A stretch of 64,000 bases of DNA, taken from positions 7,305,117-7,369,116 of the forward strand of contig NC_057720.1 in NCBI RefSeq assembly GCF_004010195.1. Reading direction: 5' to 3'. The DNA comes from Chiloscyllium plagiosum (lineage: Eukaryota). Each line of letters opens with the position of its first letter. Position 1 is the first letter of the stretch. This document shows, piece by piece, positions 24,523 through 37,835 of the stretch. A program made the translations under genes and the position numbers. The notes under the pieces were generated by a model. The model worked only from the letters and a program-made list of their open reading frames with translations, was not told where the DNA came from and did no database searches.

Positions 24523-27224
24523 ATCTGGGGCAGAACACTCCACTTGGTTGGTACCCAGTCCACCACCCTATGCAGTCACTCCATCCACCAGGGCAATGTG
24601 CACCATATTCCTTTCAAACCCATGACCTCTACCATTCAGGGAAGTCAAACATTGAGAGTTGTGAGTCATACCCCAAGAAACAGAAATGGTTTCCATGATC
24701 ATGTGCACAAGGAAAATCAGCCAAGAGTAAGGTCCTCTGTGGAATTTATAAAGACTTGATAAAGACACTCTTCAACAGTGCTGCAAGCTACACTGGAGCC
24801 AAGCAAGTCCAGCTGGTGACACTGAGGGAAGAATGAGCTCTACGAGTAGCAGATGTACAGGCATGCGAAGGAGAGTAGGGCAACCACTGAAGAAATGGAT
24901 CGGGCTAATTAAACGACAGAATAAGGGAATTCAAAGCGTTTGATAATAAATCAGAAAGTAGTCTGCTCGTGGGTCGGCACGGCAACCAGTCACCTGCTGC
25001 CATTAGCACTATGATCCTGAGCCTGCCTTTGTTGTCATCTTTCATTCACCATGTAATCTGGTCAGTCCTCACAAGCAATTGTGTAGCAAGCCCATAGTTC
25101 CATTGAGGAAAGGAAGTATAGAGTACACACTGGTGGTGTGCATGACTCTTCCTTTCCTGTTAATTAAACTGTGAGCGCCTAGTAAATAAGGCAGCCCATC
25201 GATCTAACCAGCAATCTGTTGACTTGAGATGGAGCAAAACAACTTGACATGCTTCTGAAACCCCCCTACCAGCTGTGCTCACTGATCTGCTCCACGGTAG
25301 TGAACTTGCTGTGGAGCTTTCTTCCCTTCCTCGAGTCCGATCATCTCCTGGGAACTGCCTCACTGTGCAACTGTTTGCTTCCAATTAGTTTCTAAAAGCT
25401 ATCAATCCTGACTGGATAGTACTGGAGCCTCTCGATTACTCTTTGACACCTGCCACAGAAGATGAAGTGCCTCAAGTAGACAAGTGTTTTCGTTCAGAAC
25501 TTGTGTTTCGGGTATTCTCAGGCAGAAAACGTTCTTACAGATTGGATGTGACAATGTCCTTCCAATCCCCCCAGTGGCATTGTGGGTCAACCCACAGCAC
25601 CTGAACTGCGGCGGTTCAAGAAGGCAGCGTACCCCCGCCTTCTCAAGGGGCAATTAGGGATGTGCAATAAATGGTAGCCCAGCCAGTGACTCCCACATCC
25701 CACAAAAGAACTGTTTGCACTGATGGTACACACTGCTCAAAGTCTTGGCATTCAGACTGAATAATTCATAGTTCTTACAAAACTTTGAACATCAGTGACC
25801 AACATTAGGTGTGACTCTGCTATTGATCAACATTGATTAAATAATCCTGACTGCGTGAGGAAGTGCGCTGAAAACAAATAATCACTTGGGCCCACAGTAG
25901 AGTTCATTTCCAACAAAACAGCACTTCCTTAGTCTTACATAGGAGTGTCAGCTGAAAGCTCTATGCAAAAGACTCCAGCGTGGGAGCTTGAATCTGCAAA
26001 CTATGATACAAAGTTTGGAGTGCTCCTTGGAAGCCAGGGCCTTTGATTCAGGCTCAGACTGTAGCACCAGAGCTCCATGGGTCACATTTTAGATGCAGGG
26101 AGTTGTTGCACTGAAAGTCCACTGTGAGGCTTTGACCTCCAGGGAGATTTAATTTGGCAAAAGCTTTGCAAAATTACACAAAGGCAATGCCCTTTTAATA
26201 AAGAGAAGTGTGCTGGAAAGGAATCCTGAGCCATCAATAACGGTTGTTAAAATAACGGTTTGTGATAAAGGTTAGGTTCATTCTCCAGAGAATATGCACA
26301 ATTATCAAAGACGTGATGAATCTATACTGTAAAATAAAGCTGACATTTCCTGTTGCTGCCAACAACTTTGAAGTCAAAACCCATGTTAGGGCCACAGTGA
26401 TCTGGGTATTAATTTACAGTGTCTGTGTCTGGGAGCTGATGGAGATGACTTCAAGGCTCGCAAAGCGAAACTTACAGGTGCATCTAGGCTCCTGATGGAG
26501 GCAAGTCCCAGCTCCAACAGCCTGCCCATGTTGAATTACCCTCCACGGTTCTCAGACTGGACTGAAGAATAGCGGTCCCCACAGTGCATGACTGGAGGCT
26601 GCGATACTTTACTGGCAACATTGGATTTGCCTGTGACGTTAAAGTCCCAGCAATAGGAGCTGGAGTCAGCCACTTGATGCTTGGCTGCATGTAGAAACAT
26701 ACAAAATCTGAACAGGAATAGGTCATTCGGCCCTTTGAGCCTGCTCCACCATTTGTTATGATCATCCAACTCTGTAGCCTGTTGCTGCTTTATTTCACAC
26801 CCTCTGATGCCTTTCTCTGTAAGTGCTATATACAACACCTTCTTGCCCCTGGAACCTGCTCTGGCACTTGACCAGATAATTTCTGATCTTCTACCTCAAA
26901 CCCTGCCTTCCTACTCTACCTCCCCCCATCCAAGGTCTCTTTAATTCACTTAGCACCTGAATATCTATTGGCCTTTGTTCTGAGTATTTACACCGAATGA
27001 GCATCCATGTCACTGATGTAGAAAATACCTAAAGTCTGCAAACATATGAGTGAACAAATCCCTCTTCATCTCAGTCCTAATTCTTCATCACAAGACTTTG
27101 CCCCATGTTACCCAGGAAACATTTTCATAATGTTTTGCTTATCTAGTTCCGCAAGTACTGCCCATGTTCTCGTTCAAACTCCTGTCTTTCTTTTTAAAAT
27201 GCTCGTCCACATGTGGGGTACTGA

Positions 27225-27718
27225 AGAATAAGATGAGGGGTGTCTTACTGCAACCTCACAAGGCGCTGGTGAGACCACAGCTGGATTACTGTGTCCCATT
27301 ATTAAATAAAATATATCATTTTTACTGGAGGCACTTCAGAGAAGGTTCACTAGGTTGATCCTGGGCATGAAATGTTTGTCTTATGTGCAAAGGCTGAAGA
27401 GTTTGGGAACTCTATTCAATGGAGTTTAGAAGAATAGGAGGGGATCTCATTGAAACATTTTGAACAGGCCTGAGACAGTCAATGCTGAGAGTGTTTCCCC
27501 TCATGGGAGAGTCTGGGACCAGAGGGCACAGTCTCAGAATAAAGGGGCACCAATTTAAAACTGAGATGAGCAGGAATTTCTTCTCTGAGAGGGTTATAAA
27601 TCTTGAGAACTCCTTGCCACAGAGAGCTGTGGGGCAGAGGCCTTGTGTATATTTAAGGCTAAGATACATTTGTGATCAATCAGGGAATCAAGGGTCACAG
27701 GAAAAGGCGGGAAGGTAG
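27225..27718 (+). mobile_element. CR1 LINE fragment
   Basis: ORF 27482-27718 FPLMGESGTRGHSLRIKGHQFKTEMSRNFFSERVINL. Confidence 0.85.
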
Positions 27719-27721
27719 GCA

Positions 27722-27938
27722 TGAAGACTGCAGGAAGGCAGGAGCTTGCTGAGACGATGGGTCTTCGGGGATAGTTGGGTTTGTGGATCTTGGAGAGGAG
27801 GTAGAACCGGGCAGGGCGGGGCTGGGGGACTATGTGATTGGAGGCAGTGGAGGGGAGATCACCGGAGGCAATGAGCGCACAGACAGTGGAAGTGACTTTG
27901 GCCTGATGGGGTCATGGTCAAGGGGGAGGTAGGACGTG
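27722..27938 (-). mobile_element. Penelope-like RT N-terminal fragment
   Basis: Minus-strand peptide ALIASGDLPSTASNHIVPQPRPARFYLLSKIHKPNYPRRPIVS matches the PLE FYxLPKIHK..PxRPIVS signature. Confidence 0.85.
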
Positions 27939-28815
27939 GAGATTCCTTGTCCCAATCTCCTAACCGATCCGTGTCCTGTTGCAGTCAATTAGCATCACTC
28001 CCACTGTTTGCTGTTTCTTCAAGTATTGTATTATCAACAAATGTTAATATTTTATCCTGCGTTGCAATATGAATTTAATTCTGATTTCTAACATCCTTGC
28101 GAGACAGCCTTCCTGAAGTTTGCCCCACAGATTTAAGAGCACTAATTCAGATAGGGTCTAACCATGGCTTTGAACTTCAACTTCAGTGTTAGTGACTCCA
28201 GGCCCTGTAATCAGTGGAAACAAAAATGCACACTCTCAATGAGAAGCTGGTAGTACAGTTCACATTGAGTTTGTTGAATGTGAGGAACAGATGACAAAAG
28301 CAGAGAGAGAAATTGAATGAAACAATCAAAAGATATTCGCTGCATATCAACACACGCACGGTGGCTCAGTGGTTCGGACCCAGGTTGCGATTCCACCCTT
28401 GGGTGACTGTCTGCATGGAGTTAGCACGTTCTCCCTGTTTCCTCCAGGTGCTCTGGTTTCCTTCCACAGTCCAAAGATGTGCAGGTTAGGTGGATTGGTC
28501 ATGCTAAATCTTTCATAGAGTCCAGGGATCTGTAGGTTAGGTGGGTTAGCCATGGGAAATGCAGGGATGGGGCATTGTCTGTGTGCGGGGGGGAGCTCTT
28601 CAGAGGTTCGATGTTATCTTAGTGGGCCAAAAGGCTTCTTCCCATACTTTAGGGGTTCTATGAGAGAGAAAAACAACTGAGAGACAGAGGGTGAGACTGG
28701 TTCCTCAGAGATACTTCGGAGTTCAATCTTCGTGTGGAAATGGAGCACTATATGTGAACCAGGAAGCTCAATGGGGCACCAAAGGTGTGTTGAATGTGCT
28801 ACCTTTTGCATTTGG

Positions 28816-29142
28816 GGTGGCACGGTGGCTCAGTGGTTAGCACTGCTGCCTCACAGCATCAGGGACCCAGGTTCAATTCCAGCCTCGGGCGACTGTCTGT
28901 GTGGAGTTTGCACATTCTCCCTGTATCTGCGTGGGTTTCCTCCGAGTGCTCCGGTTTCCTCCCACAGTTCAAAGACGTGCAAGTTAGGAGAACTGGCCAA
29001 GCTAAATTCCCCATAGTGTTAGGTGCATTAGTCAGGGGTGAATGGAGGGGAATGGGTCTGGATGGGTTGTTCTTTGGAGGGTTGGTGTGGACTTGTTGGG
29101 CCGAAGGGCCTGTTTCCACACTGTAGTGAATCTAATCTAATC
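28816..29142 (+). mobile_element. HE1-type V-SINE, near full length
   Basis: A box tggctcagtgg 28826-28836, B box ggttcaattcc 28870-28880, V-domain tgtgtggagtttgcacattctcc..gggtttcctcc, CR1-like tail and (atcta)n; further copies near 28355, 29505, 35765, 45855, 46620, 52555, 55840 and 59430. Confidence 0.9.
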
Positions 29143-30442
29143 ATTAAATGCAAAGGCTCCATTGGTTTTTGAAGCTGGGTTTAAATAGTCCTGTGTCACC
29201 TTTTTTGAAGCACAGTTTTCCTCAATTGCATTGGCTCCCCTGATATCCGTCATGCTGCCTGCAAATTATTGCAGTAGCGGCCCACACCAGAATGGCCCCT
29301 GAAGGTTCATGGGTTTGCTGCAAAGAGCTTTGAGGTATTCTGGGTGCTATTGACACATGCGTTCTTTGCCACCCAGCGTTTACTTTTAAAGTTTGGAACC
29401 AGATGGATGGACTGTTACGGGCGCCTGTGTCTATCTGTCTGCCTGCCTGCTACTCACTCTTGCAGGTTCTTATCTCAGGACATTGCAAATACATAATTTT
29501 TTTCATAGAATCCCTACAGTGTGAAAAGAGGCCCTTCAACCCAACAAGTCCACACTGACCCCCTGAAGGGTAACACACCCAGACCCATTCCCCTACTACT
29601 CTACATTTACCCCTGACTAATGTACCTAACCTACACATCCCTGAACCCGGAGGAACCCACGCAGAGAATGTGCAAACTCCACACAGACAGTCGCCAGAGG
29701 CTGGAATCGCTGGGTCACTGTGCCATCCACTGTAGAGAGAAAACTGCCCACTTTGCAATTTACAGCACTGAAATGTTGAAAGACCAAATATTCTACAGTC
29801 AGGCCCCAAGTACAGGCCTGTCGGCCTTGCTGAATTATCTGATAGAAACGAAGAGAATGGTTGGAGTAGGCCATTTGGCCTTCGAGCCTGCACTGCCATT
29901 CAATATCATCCAGCTCAGTCCCCTGTTCCTGCTTTCTCCCCCATATGTAATGATCCCTTAACTATAATAGCTACATCTATTTTTTTCTTGAAGAAGTTTC
30001 ATGTCTTGGCTTCACCTGCTTTCTGTGGCAGAGAATTCCACAGGCTCACCACTCTCTGGGTGAAGACATTTCTCCTCATCTCAGTCCCAAATGGCCTCAT
30101 TAGATTGGAACCCTGAATTCTGGACACCCTGGTCATCAGGAATATCCTTCCTACCATCATCCTGTCCAGTGCTGTTACAATTTCAAAGGCTTTATGTCTG
30201 ATTTGAAAACCCAGTACCAGACATGGATATCGCATGGAACATTGATGGAAGTCTACATACTTGTGAGGTGCATGGATAGGGTTGATGGTCAAAATCTTCT
30301 TCTCGGAGTTGAAATGTCTAATACTCAGGGGCGTGCATTTAAGATGAGAGGGTGAAAGTTCAAAGGGGATGCGATGGATATGTTTTTTTAGACAGAGAAT
30401 GGTAGGAATCCGGAATGTGTTGTCAGGGGTGGTGATGGAGGC

Positions 30443-30651
30443 TTAAGCTGAAAATATGTTGCTGGAAAACGCAGCAGGTCAGGCAGCATCGAAAGAGCAA
30501 AAAAATCGACGTTTCGGGCATGAGCCCTTCTTCAGGCTCATGCCCGAAACATCGATTCTCCTGCTCCTTGGATGCTGCCTGACCTGCTGCGCTTTTCCAG
30601 CAACACATTTTCAGCTCTGATCTCCAGCATTCTGCAGTCCTCATTTTCTCC
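30443..30651. mobile_element. Fold-back PLE mini-element, family A, inside a CR1
   Basis: 13-bp TSD tggtgatggaggc at 30430-30442 and 30652-30664; hammerhead core intact on the minus strand at 30505-30536. Confidence 0.9.
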
Positions 30652-32079
30652 TGGTGATGGAGGCAGCCATGATATGGAGGTTTAAGGGGCTTTTAGATAG
30701 GCACATGGATATACAAGGAATGGAGAGTAATGGACCAAGGGGAGGCAGAAGGGATTAGGTTAATCTGGCATCATGTTTGGCACAACATGGTGGGCTAAAG
30801 GGCCCTTTCCTGTGCTGTATGGTTCTACGTTTTGGGGCCCAAGTGTCCCATGCTCAGGAGGACAGGAGAACAGGGGAGGTTTAGTACCACGTTCAGCGAA
30901 AGATGTGCGAATGCCAAACATCAGGGACTGGAATAATGCCAAGGGACTGACTACACAGCCATTCAGGGTGGCTGTCATCATCAGTTAGCAGTATTCTGAC
31001 TTGCCTTTGTTCTGACAGTGCTGAACAGCTGCTTGTTAAATGAGCTCCCTAGTCCCTGAGCAGCCTCCCATTATTCCACACTTATTGTCTGACAAGGTCA
31101 CTAGCTGTGGGGAATTTAGGGAAGGCTAGAACATAGTCTGTAGGATTAAGAGTTTGAACCACCAAACAACTTTGTTTGCGTTCACATTTTTCAAATCCCT
31201 AGCGCAGCTTTCCCACAATGGATCACAGAAAACCAGTCGGAAATGAAAGCCAAGTCATTTAAAATGGTCCCTTCCAATCCTGAAAATTTCTGAATCAGCT
31301 AATCAGCCTCGCCAACAGCCCATGAGATGGTTTCAAACAAAAGCTTCCCCTGAGGTAATGTTTACAGAAACACAATGGTCTTATGGCAACAGAACTTGCA
31401 TCTTACATCTTGCACGTGGTCAAAGACACGGGTGTCCACACTGGGGATGGGATGAGATAAATAGGTACACAACTAAAGTGAGGGGGCAATACTGGTGGCA
31501 ACTGAGAAACACAGGTAGACTGAGAGGTGCATCAGAAAGGTCAGAGGTTAGCAGACAGCTGAAAGCATGGCTGCCAATGTTAGGTCACAAAGGACTAGAG
31601 GGTTCTGAAGGGGCTACGTTACAATTACGAGTCCTCCCCCACAAATGTCATCCACCAAAAAATAACTTTGAAAGAAAAAAGTTCTATTTACATTGCACCT
31701 TGGAAATATTGCAAAACATTGTGAAGAGTGGCACAGTACAAGCGACTGAAGCCACAAGTTGACCTCACATTTTGTAGAGAGGGCAGCAACTGTGGCACAG
31801 AAAGATGGGAAAGAGGAGCAAGTGGAGGTCATCCAGCCCCTTCTGCCTGCTCGTCATTCAGCCAGATCACGGTTGATCTTCGACTTCAACGCCATTTTTA
31901 TGCACCTTGGTATCGTCAATATCGAGAAACCTACTGATCTCAGTCTAGAACATTCTCAATGACTGAATCTCTGCTTGCCTGAAGACAAAGGATGTCAAAG
32001 ATTCATCACCTGAGTGAAGAAATTGCTCAACTTTATTCAAACACCACCATCCCCACAACCCTCCAAACACGATAGGTTA

Positions 32080-32392
32080 AGTGACCCAGGGAATTTTCTG
32101 GTGGCCCAGCTCTGAATCCTACCACAGCAGATGGTGGAATTTGAATTCAATAAAAATCTGGAATTAAGAGTCTATTGATGATTATGATACCATTTTGGTT
32201 TTCAGGAAAAAAAACATCTGGTACGCTAATGTTCTTTGGGGAAGGAAATCTGCCATCCTTATCTGGTCTGGCTTACATGTGACTCCAGACCTACAGCAAT
32301 GTGACTGACTCCTAACTGCCTTCTGGGCAAGTAGGGATGGGCAATAAATGCTGGCCTAGCCAGTGACACCCTCATCCTGTGAATGAATGAGA
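32080..32392 (+). mobile_element. tRNA-derived SINE family 2, near full length
   Basis: Family core plus tail tagggatgggcaataaatgctgg..gaatgaat; other copies near 32830, 48155, 50300, 52255, 56218, 56570 and 63660. Confidence 0.85.
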
Positions 32393-34364
32393 AAAACATT
32401 CTCCTCAATCTCTCCTCATTGGGCTGTCACGCCATCCCAGGAATCACTCTGGTGAACTGACAGTGCAGCCCTCCCTCGGTTCTTGCGGACACTAAGACTC
32501 TCCAGGAGTGACCTGGAATCCTCAGGAATTGACAACTCATCTCCAAATGCAGAAAAACATGCGAGGGAGCTCAAAGGATTCAAAAAACAAAGCACATGGA
32601 TTCTTTTCGGGAGGTTTTGGAATTTCGGGTGAGGGGGAAGTGGGTTTGTGATGAAGGGGACATAGAAACACAGGGCAAGATGGTTAGTACCAGGGACACA
32701 TGCAACCAGCATTGACAGCACTCCTGTTTCCTGTCCTGTCCAGGGGATGAGTTGTCAGTGACAAGGCCAGTATTTGTTGTCCATTCCCAATGACCCTTGA
32801 ACTGAGTGGTTTGCTGCGGCCATTTTTCTTTATTCATTCACACGATGTGGGCTTCACTGTCTCAGACCAGAGATCATTGCCCATCCCCTAATTGTGAAGA
32901 GTCAACCACATTGCTGTGGGTCTGGAGTCACATGTAGGGTAGACCAGATTAAGGATGGCAGATTTCCTTCCCTAAAGGACATTACTGACCCAGATGGGGT
33001 TTTATTTCCTGAAAATCTGCAACAGTTTCATGGTCACCATTCGATTCTTAATCCCAGACTTTTTTGAAATTGAATTCAAATTTTGCAATCTGCCAATGCT
33101 GGGTTCGAACTCAGGTCCCCAGAATATTATCCAGGTCACTGGGTTACTAATCTAGTGATTGTATCACTAGGCTACTGCCTCACCAGAAGGCAATCGGGAG
33201 TCAACCACACCATTGGAGTCATGCGTAGACCAGACCAGGTTGGGGTGGCCAATCTCTCTCCTAATTGGGTTTTATGGGTCTTTACAACAATCAATGTTGC
33301 TGTTCATGCCACTGTCGGCCTGAATTACATTCCCCAAGTTGCTGTGATTGGACTTGAACCCATACTCTTCGAACATATTCTTGGACATGGGCATTCCCAA
33401 CCCAGTGACATTGCCATTGTGCCCTCTAAAATATTAAAGGACAGATTGGGATTAATCGTTACACATACGTGCTCGATGACAAATTCCATGTGCACCATTT
33501 CCGACCTGTTCGGCAAATCCCCTGACTTCGCATGCAGCTGCAAACTGGTTTGAACATCTCAGAGGTTAAACCAACCAACCCATTCCTTCAACAATCCTCA
33601 GACTTCCTTTAACTGGGCCAATGCCAGAAAATAGGAAGAAAGGGGCGTGCATTTGTGTAGCGTTTGTAACTACCCAAGGATGCCTTTAGTGGCCTGCAGC
33701 TAATGAAGGGCTTTGAAAAGAGGGCCACAGTTTTAGGAAACATGGCCACCAATGTGTGCATAGTATGATCCCATGAAAATAGCCAAATCATCCATTTCCT
33801 TTAAAAGCTTTATTAATATTCAGTATTATTCAGTCTCTTGGTCAACATTTCTCCTTCACAGAATTACTCTATTGTTGATTATGCGAGTTTACTGCGTGCC
33901 CATTGACTGTTACATAGTCAAAGAACAGTACAGTGCAGGAACAGGCTCTTTGGCCCACCATGTGTGTACTAACTCTAATGCCATTCTAAACTAATCCCAA
34001 CTGCCTGCAATTGGTCCACATCCCTCTATTCCCTGTTTGTTCGTGTGTCAGTCTAACTGTCTCCTAGATGTTGCTACTGCATCTGCTTTTATCACCTCCT
34101 CTGGCAGTGTGTTCCAGGCACCTACCACCCATGTCTCCTATTTCACAGCAGTAACTACACTTCCAAAAATAAATCAGGTGGTCACAGAACGCTGTGGGTG
34201 CCAGGTCACTGAGTTTATTCAAGAAAGAGATTGATTTCTTTCAGATAATGAAGGCATCAAGCAAGATGGAGAAAAAGCAGGCATATGGTGCTGAGGTAGA
34301 GGTTGAGCCATGATCAGATTGAATGGCGGAGCAGGCTTGAAGGTACAGTTTCTATATATTTACT

Positions 34365-34502
34365 GGAGCAAATTACTGCAGATGCTGGAAATAAAAACAT
34401 GTTGAAAATCACAGCGGGTCTGAGAGAGAGAGCAAGCTAACGTTTCGAGTCTAGATGACTCTTCATCTGCTCTGTGATTTTCAGCATTTTTTTGTTTTCT
34501 GT
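34365..34502. mobile_element. Fold-back PLE mini-element, family C
   Basis: Arms ttgaaaatcacag / ctgtgattttcag; minus strand reads gATGAagagtc-atcta-gactcGAAAcgtTAgc. Confidence 0.7.
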
Positions 34503-36771
34503 ACGGTTGTGTTTAATGAAGAACTTTGGGACTTCCTGGAATTGGAAATGGTGCTATCCAAATGCAAGTTCTGTCGCTCTTTCTTCCCTCAGACAACAGC
34601 TTGTGCCTAAGTGACATCAGCTCGAGAGCTGTCTTGCATGTTTTGCACTTCTTATGTACTTTATGCTGCCTGTGTATGATAGTGTAGCTTGTGCTGTCCA
34701 CATAAGACCCTTGGTCCTGGAGGAACGCTGTTTTGTTTTTACACTATCAGTCATATATGATAGAAATGAGAAATAAAGCTACACTTGACTCTTACCCAGG
34801 ATGCAGACAATTCTCAATCTTACACCTGTTTAGAAGGATGTGTTCAGTGACACTTGGTTCAGGTAAGGCTTGTGATCATAATGCAAGTCCTGTTGAAGCG
34901 TCACAGTGCAAGGACGCTTTAAGTGGGAACTGTTGCTCACTTGCGCTCAGACTGCATTTACTGTAAGCCCTGGGCTGTCCAGAAGAAGGCTATGTATTTG
35001 TATTCTGAACTTGACTGCGTCTTCAAACTCATTTACATTTATCTCCCTGTGTGTCCACGGAGATAGCGTCAGGCCCCATCAATACAATCTTCAATACAGT
35101 GGGAAGGTCAGAACAGGCTCTCGTTATGTACATGTACGTGCCACGCATCTCACACGTATACACTGCATTACTTGCCGTGCTGGAAGTGCAAAGTTTAGGG
35201 GATGTCTATAATTAAAAACCTTTCATTGTAGCCAAGGATGGATGTTTTCCTTTGTTCGGTTAGCTTTCAAGAGCAGGTCTAAAGAGCAGGAGACAACAAA
35301 AGCCAATGAACATTGTCAATCAGCCACGTGTACCTGATAAAAGCATGAACAAACACTCCTTGGGTTATGCTGTCAAGGACATCTTGATGCGCAGCAAGCA
35401 CTGAGCACTGCAACATAAAAATTCTGGCATTTTCAATGGGGCTTACGACAGGAAACGTAGGTGTGAGCATTATGCACATCAACTGATTTGAATGGAGTTC
35501 ATTTTGATGCCAATATTCCAAACTTTAAATATTCTCAATAATTTTTCTCCAAATTGCTCCTTGCTGTGAATACCAGGCTCATTGTTCAGGCGCTTTTCTC
35601 TGCTTGATTTGCAACATATAAAATCATTTCTTGCTGAACAACTTCATTAATTTCAGGGTTTAAAATGTCTGAGATATCGCAAAGGTGCATTGATACCCGG
35701 GCTGTTAAGAGTGGAATGATCCTGAGCTCTTGAAAATTCCTTCCTGAAATCTCGCAGTTTGTTGGCAGCATAGTGGTTAGCTCTCCTGCCTTACAGTGCC
35801 AGGGATCAAGGTTCAGTTCCACCCTCAGTACTGTCTGTGTGAAGTTTCCTTCAGGTACTCCGTCTTCCTCCCACCGTCCAAACATGTGCAGTTTAGGGGG
35901 AGTGGCCATGCTAACTTGCCCCATGTTCAGGGATGTGCAGGCAAGGTGGGTTAGCCATGGGAAATGCAGGATAGAGTATGAGGGTGGATCTGGGTGTGAT
36001 CCCTTTGGAGAGTTTGTGTGAACTCAATGGCTTGCTTCTCCACTGATGGGTTTCTATGGTGATCTGTCCCCATCCTTTGAGATGCTCCTTAAAACCTTTG
36101 TCTTCCACCAAGCCTTTGGTCACCTGCCCATAGTGTTAGGTGCATTAGTCAGAGGGAAATGGGTCTGGGTGGGTTACTCTTTGGAGGGACGCTGTGGACT
36201 GGCTGGGCCGAAGGGCCTGTTTCCACACTACAGGGAATCTAATCTAATCTAACAACACTTCCAACTCAAGTAAAATTGTCCTCATACAGTGCTGTGGAAT
36301 GTGACAATACAATAAAGGCACCATTGTCAAATGCTGCTCATTGTCACTTGCTTTGAGCGGGCATTGAATAGCGCTGTCAAAACCTGCAGTTTGTACAACA
36401 AGTCAGAGGATTACAGGGTGAATGTGACAAATTTTCACCTGCGCATTAAAACCCCCAATGGAATTCACGTGCAGAGGGTGGAGGTCAGAGATAAGGAGAG
36501 ACAATCTGCAGAAAGCCGACTGATTTTCTCCCCACTCCCCTCCTCACTACAATCTCAGTCCCAGGTTGTCAAGGTACGTTCCTCAGGGGAATCAAGGAAA
36601 AGTGCAGTGAAGTGGCCATTAGGAGTGTCACATCAGCCAGGATCCTATTGAATGGCAGTGCAGGCTCAATGGTCCAGACAGCTAACTTCTTATGATCTCA
36701 GAGGTAAAGCTCCATGACAAAAGCACATCAACATGTCAATCTTTAGCTTTGCTGTGAGTTGCTTTGTAAAG

Positions 36772-37142
36772 GTTGAGGCACTTGGGGTTGTTTTCATTGG
36801 AGAAAAGAAGGTTTAGGGGTGACTTGATAGAGGTGTACAAGATGATTAGGGGTTTAGATAGGGTTGACCGTATGGAGTCAGCTATTACAAGGGGGCATAG
36901 CTTTAAATTAAGGGGTGGTAGGTATAGGACAGATGTTAGGGGTAGGTTCTTTACTCAGCGAGTCGTGAGTTCATGGAATGCCCTGCCAGTAGCAGTGGTG
37001 GACTCTTCCTTTTTATGGGCATTTAAGCGGGCATTGGATAGGCATATGGAGGATAGTGGGCTAGTGTAGGTTAGGTGGGCTTGGATCGGCGCAACATCGA
37101 GGGCCAAAGGGCCTGTACTGCGCTGTATTCTTCTATGTTCTA
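36772..37142 (+). mobile_element. CR1 LINE 3' fragment
   Basis: ORF 36773-37069 LGLFSLEKRRFRGDLIEVYKMIRGLDRVD..RFFTQRVVSSWNALP; (ttctatg) tail. Confidence 0.9.
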
Positions 37143-37614
37143 TCGTTCTCAACTCCCAATGCTCATTTGACACAAAACAGCTGAATACGATGCCCCCACA
37201 TCAAATATCTGCAAAAGGTACAGAAGCAGAATGAGACTTGGAAGGGGGTTCACATACACTCATCTTTGATGGCAACAAGACAGTTGGTAAAAATAGTTTA
37301 AAACAAAGCGTGGAAAGGTGACTGGCCTTAAGGCAAAAATCAGAAAGCAATGCCAAGTCTTCAGAGATCACTGGTCAGACCTCACGTAGAATATTATGCC
37401 CAATTCTAGGCCACACACTTCAGAAGAACATTCATATTTTAGAAAGGATGAGGTGAAGGTTTCCTAAAATGACAATATGGAGGAAAACTGGGATTATTCA
37501 TCAAGAAGGTAAAGAAGCTAAGGGGAGATTTAATAAAGGTGTTTGAAATTGAGAGATGTTTTGGCATAGTGGACAAATGTTTTAACTGGTATAGGGATTG
37601 GTCATCAATCACAG

Positions 37615-37835
37615 TTTTGCCTCAGTTGGCTGGACAGCTGGACTGAAATGCAGAGAGAGGCCAGTGCAGTTCAGTTGGTACACATGCTGAGGTTATCATA
37701 CAAGACTCTCTCTCTCAACCTCTCCCCTCGCCTGAGATGTGATGACCCTCAGATTAAAGCACCACTAGTCATGCTTCCCTCTAATGAGAGAACAGCCCTA
37801 TGATCTGGTAAGACAATGTTAACATTACCTTAACC
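37615..37835 (+). mobile_element. tRNA-like SINE (third family), degraded
   Basis: ctcagttggctggacagctgg head, ctcaacctctcccctcgcctgag..gaccctcag..ctaatgagag..acct tail; recognised from memory. Confidence 0.55.

Noticed and set aside
28816..28890. tRNA gene
   Set aside because: A/B boxes are the head of an HE1-type SINE and run into the V-domain
32416..32721. 101-aa minus-strand ORF
   Set aside because: Ends in CR1/SINE remnants; no recognisable protein
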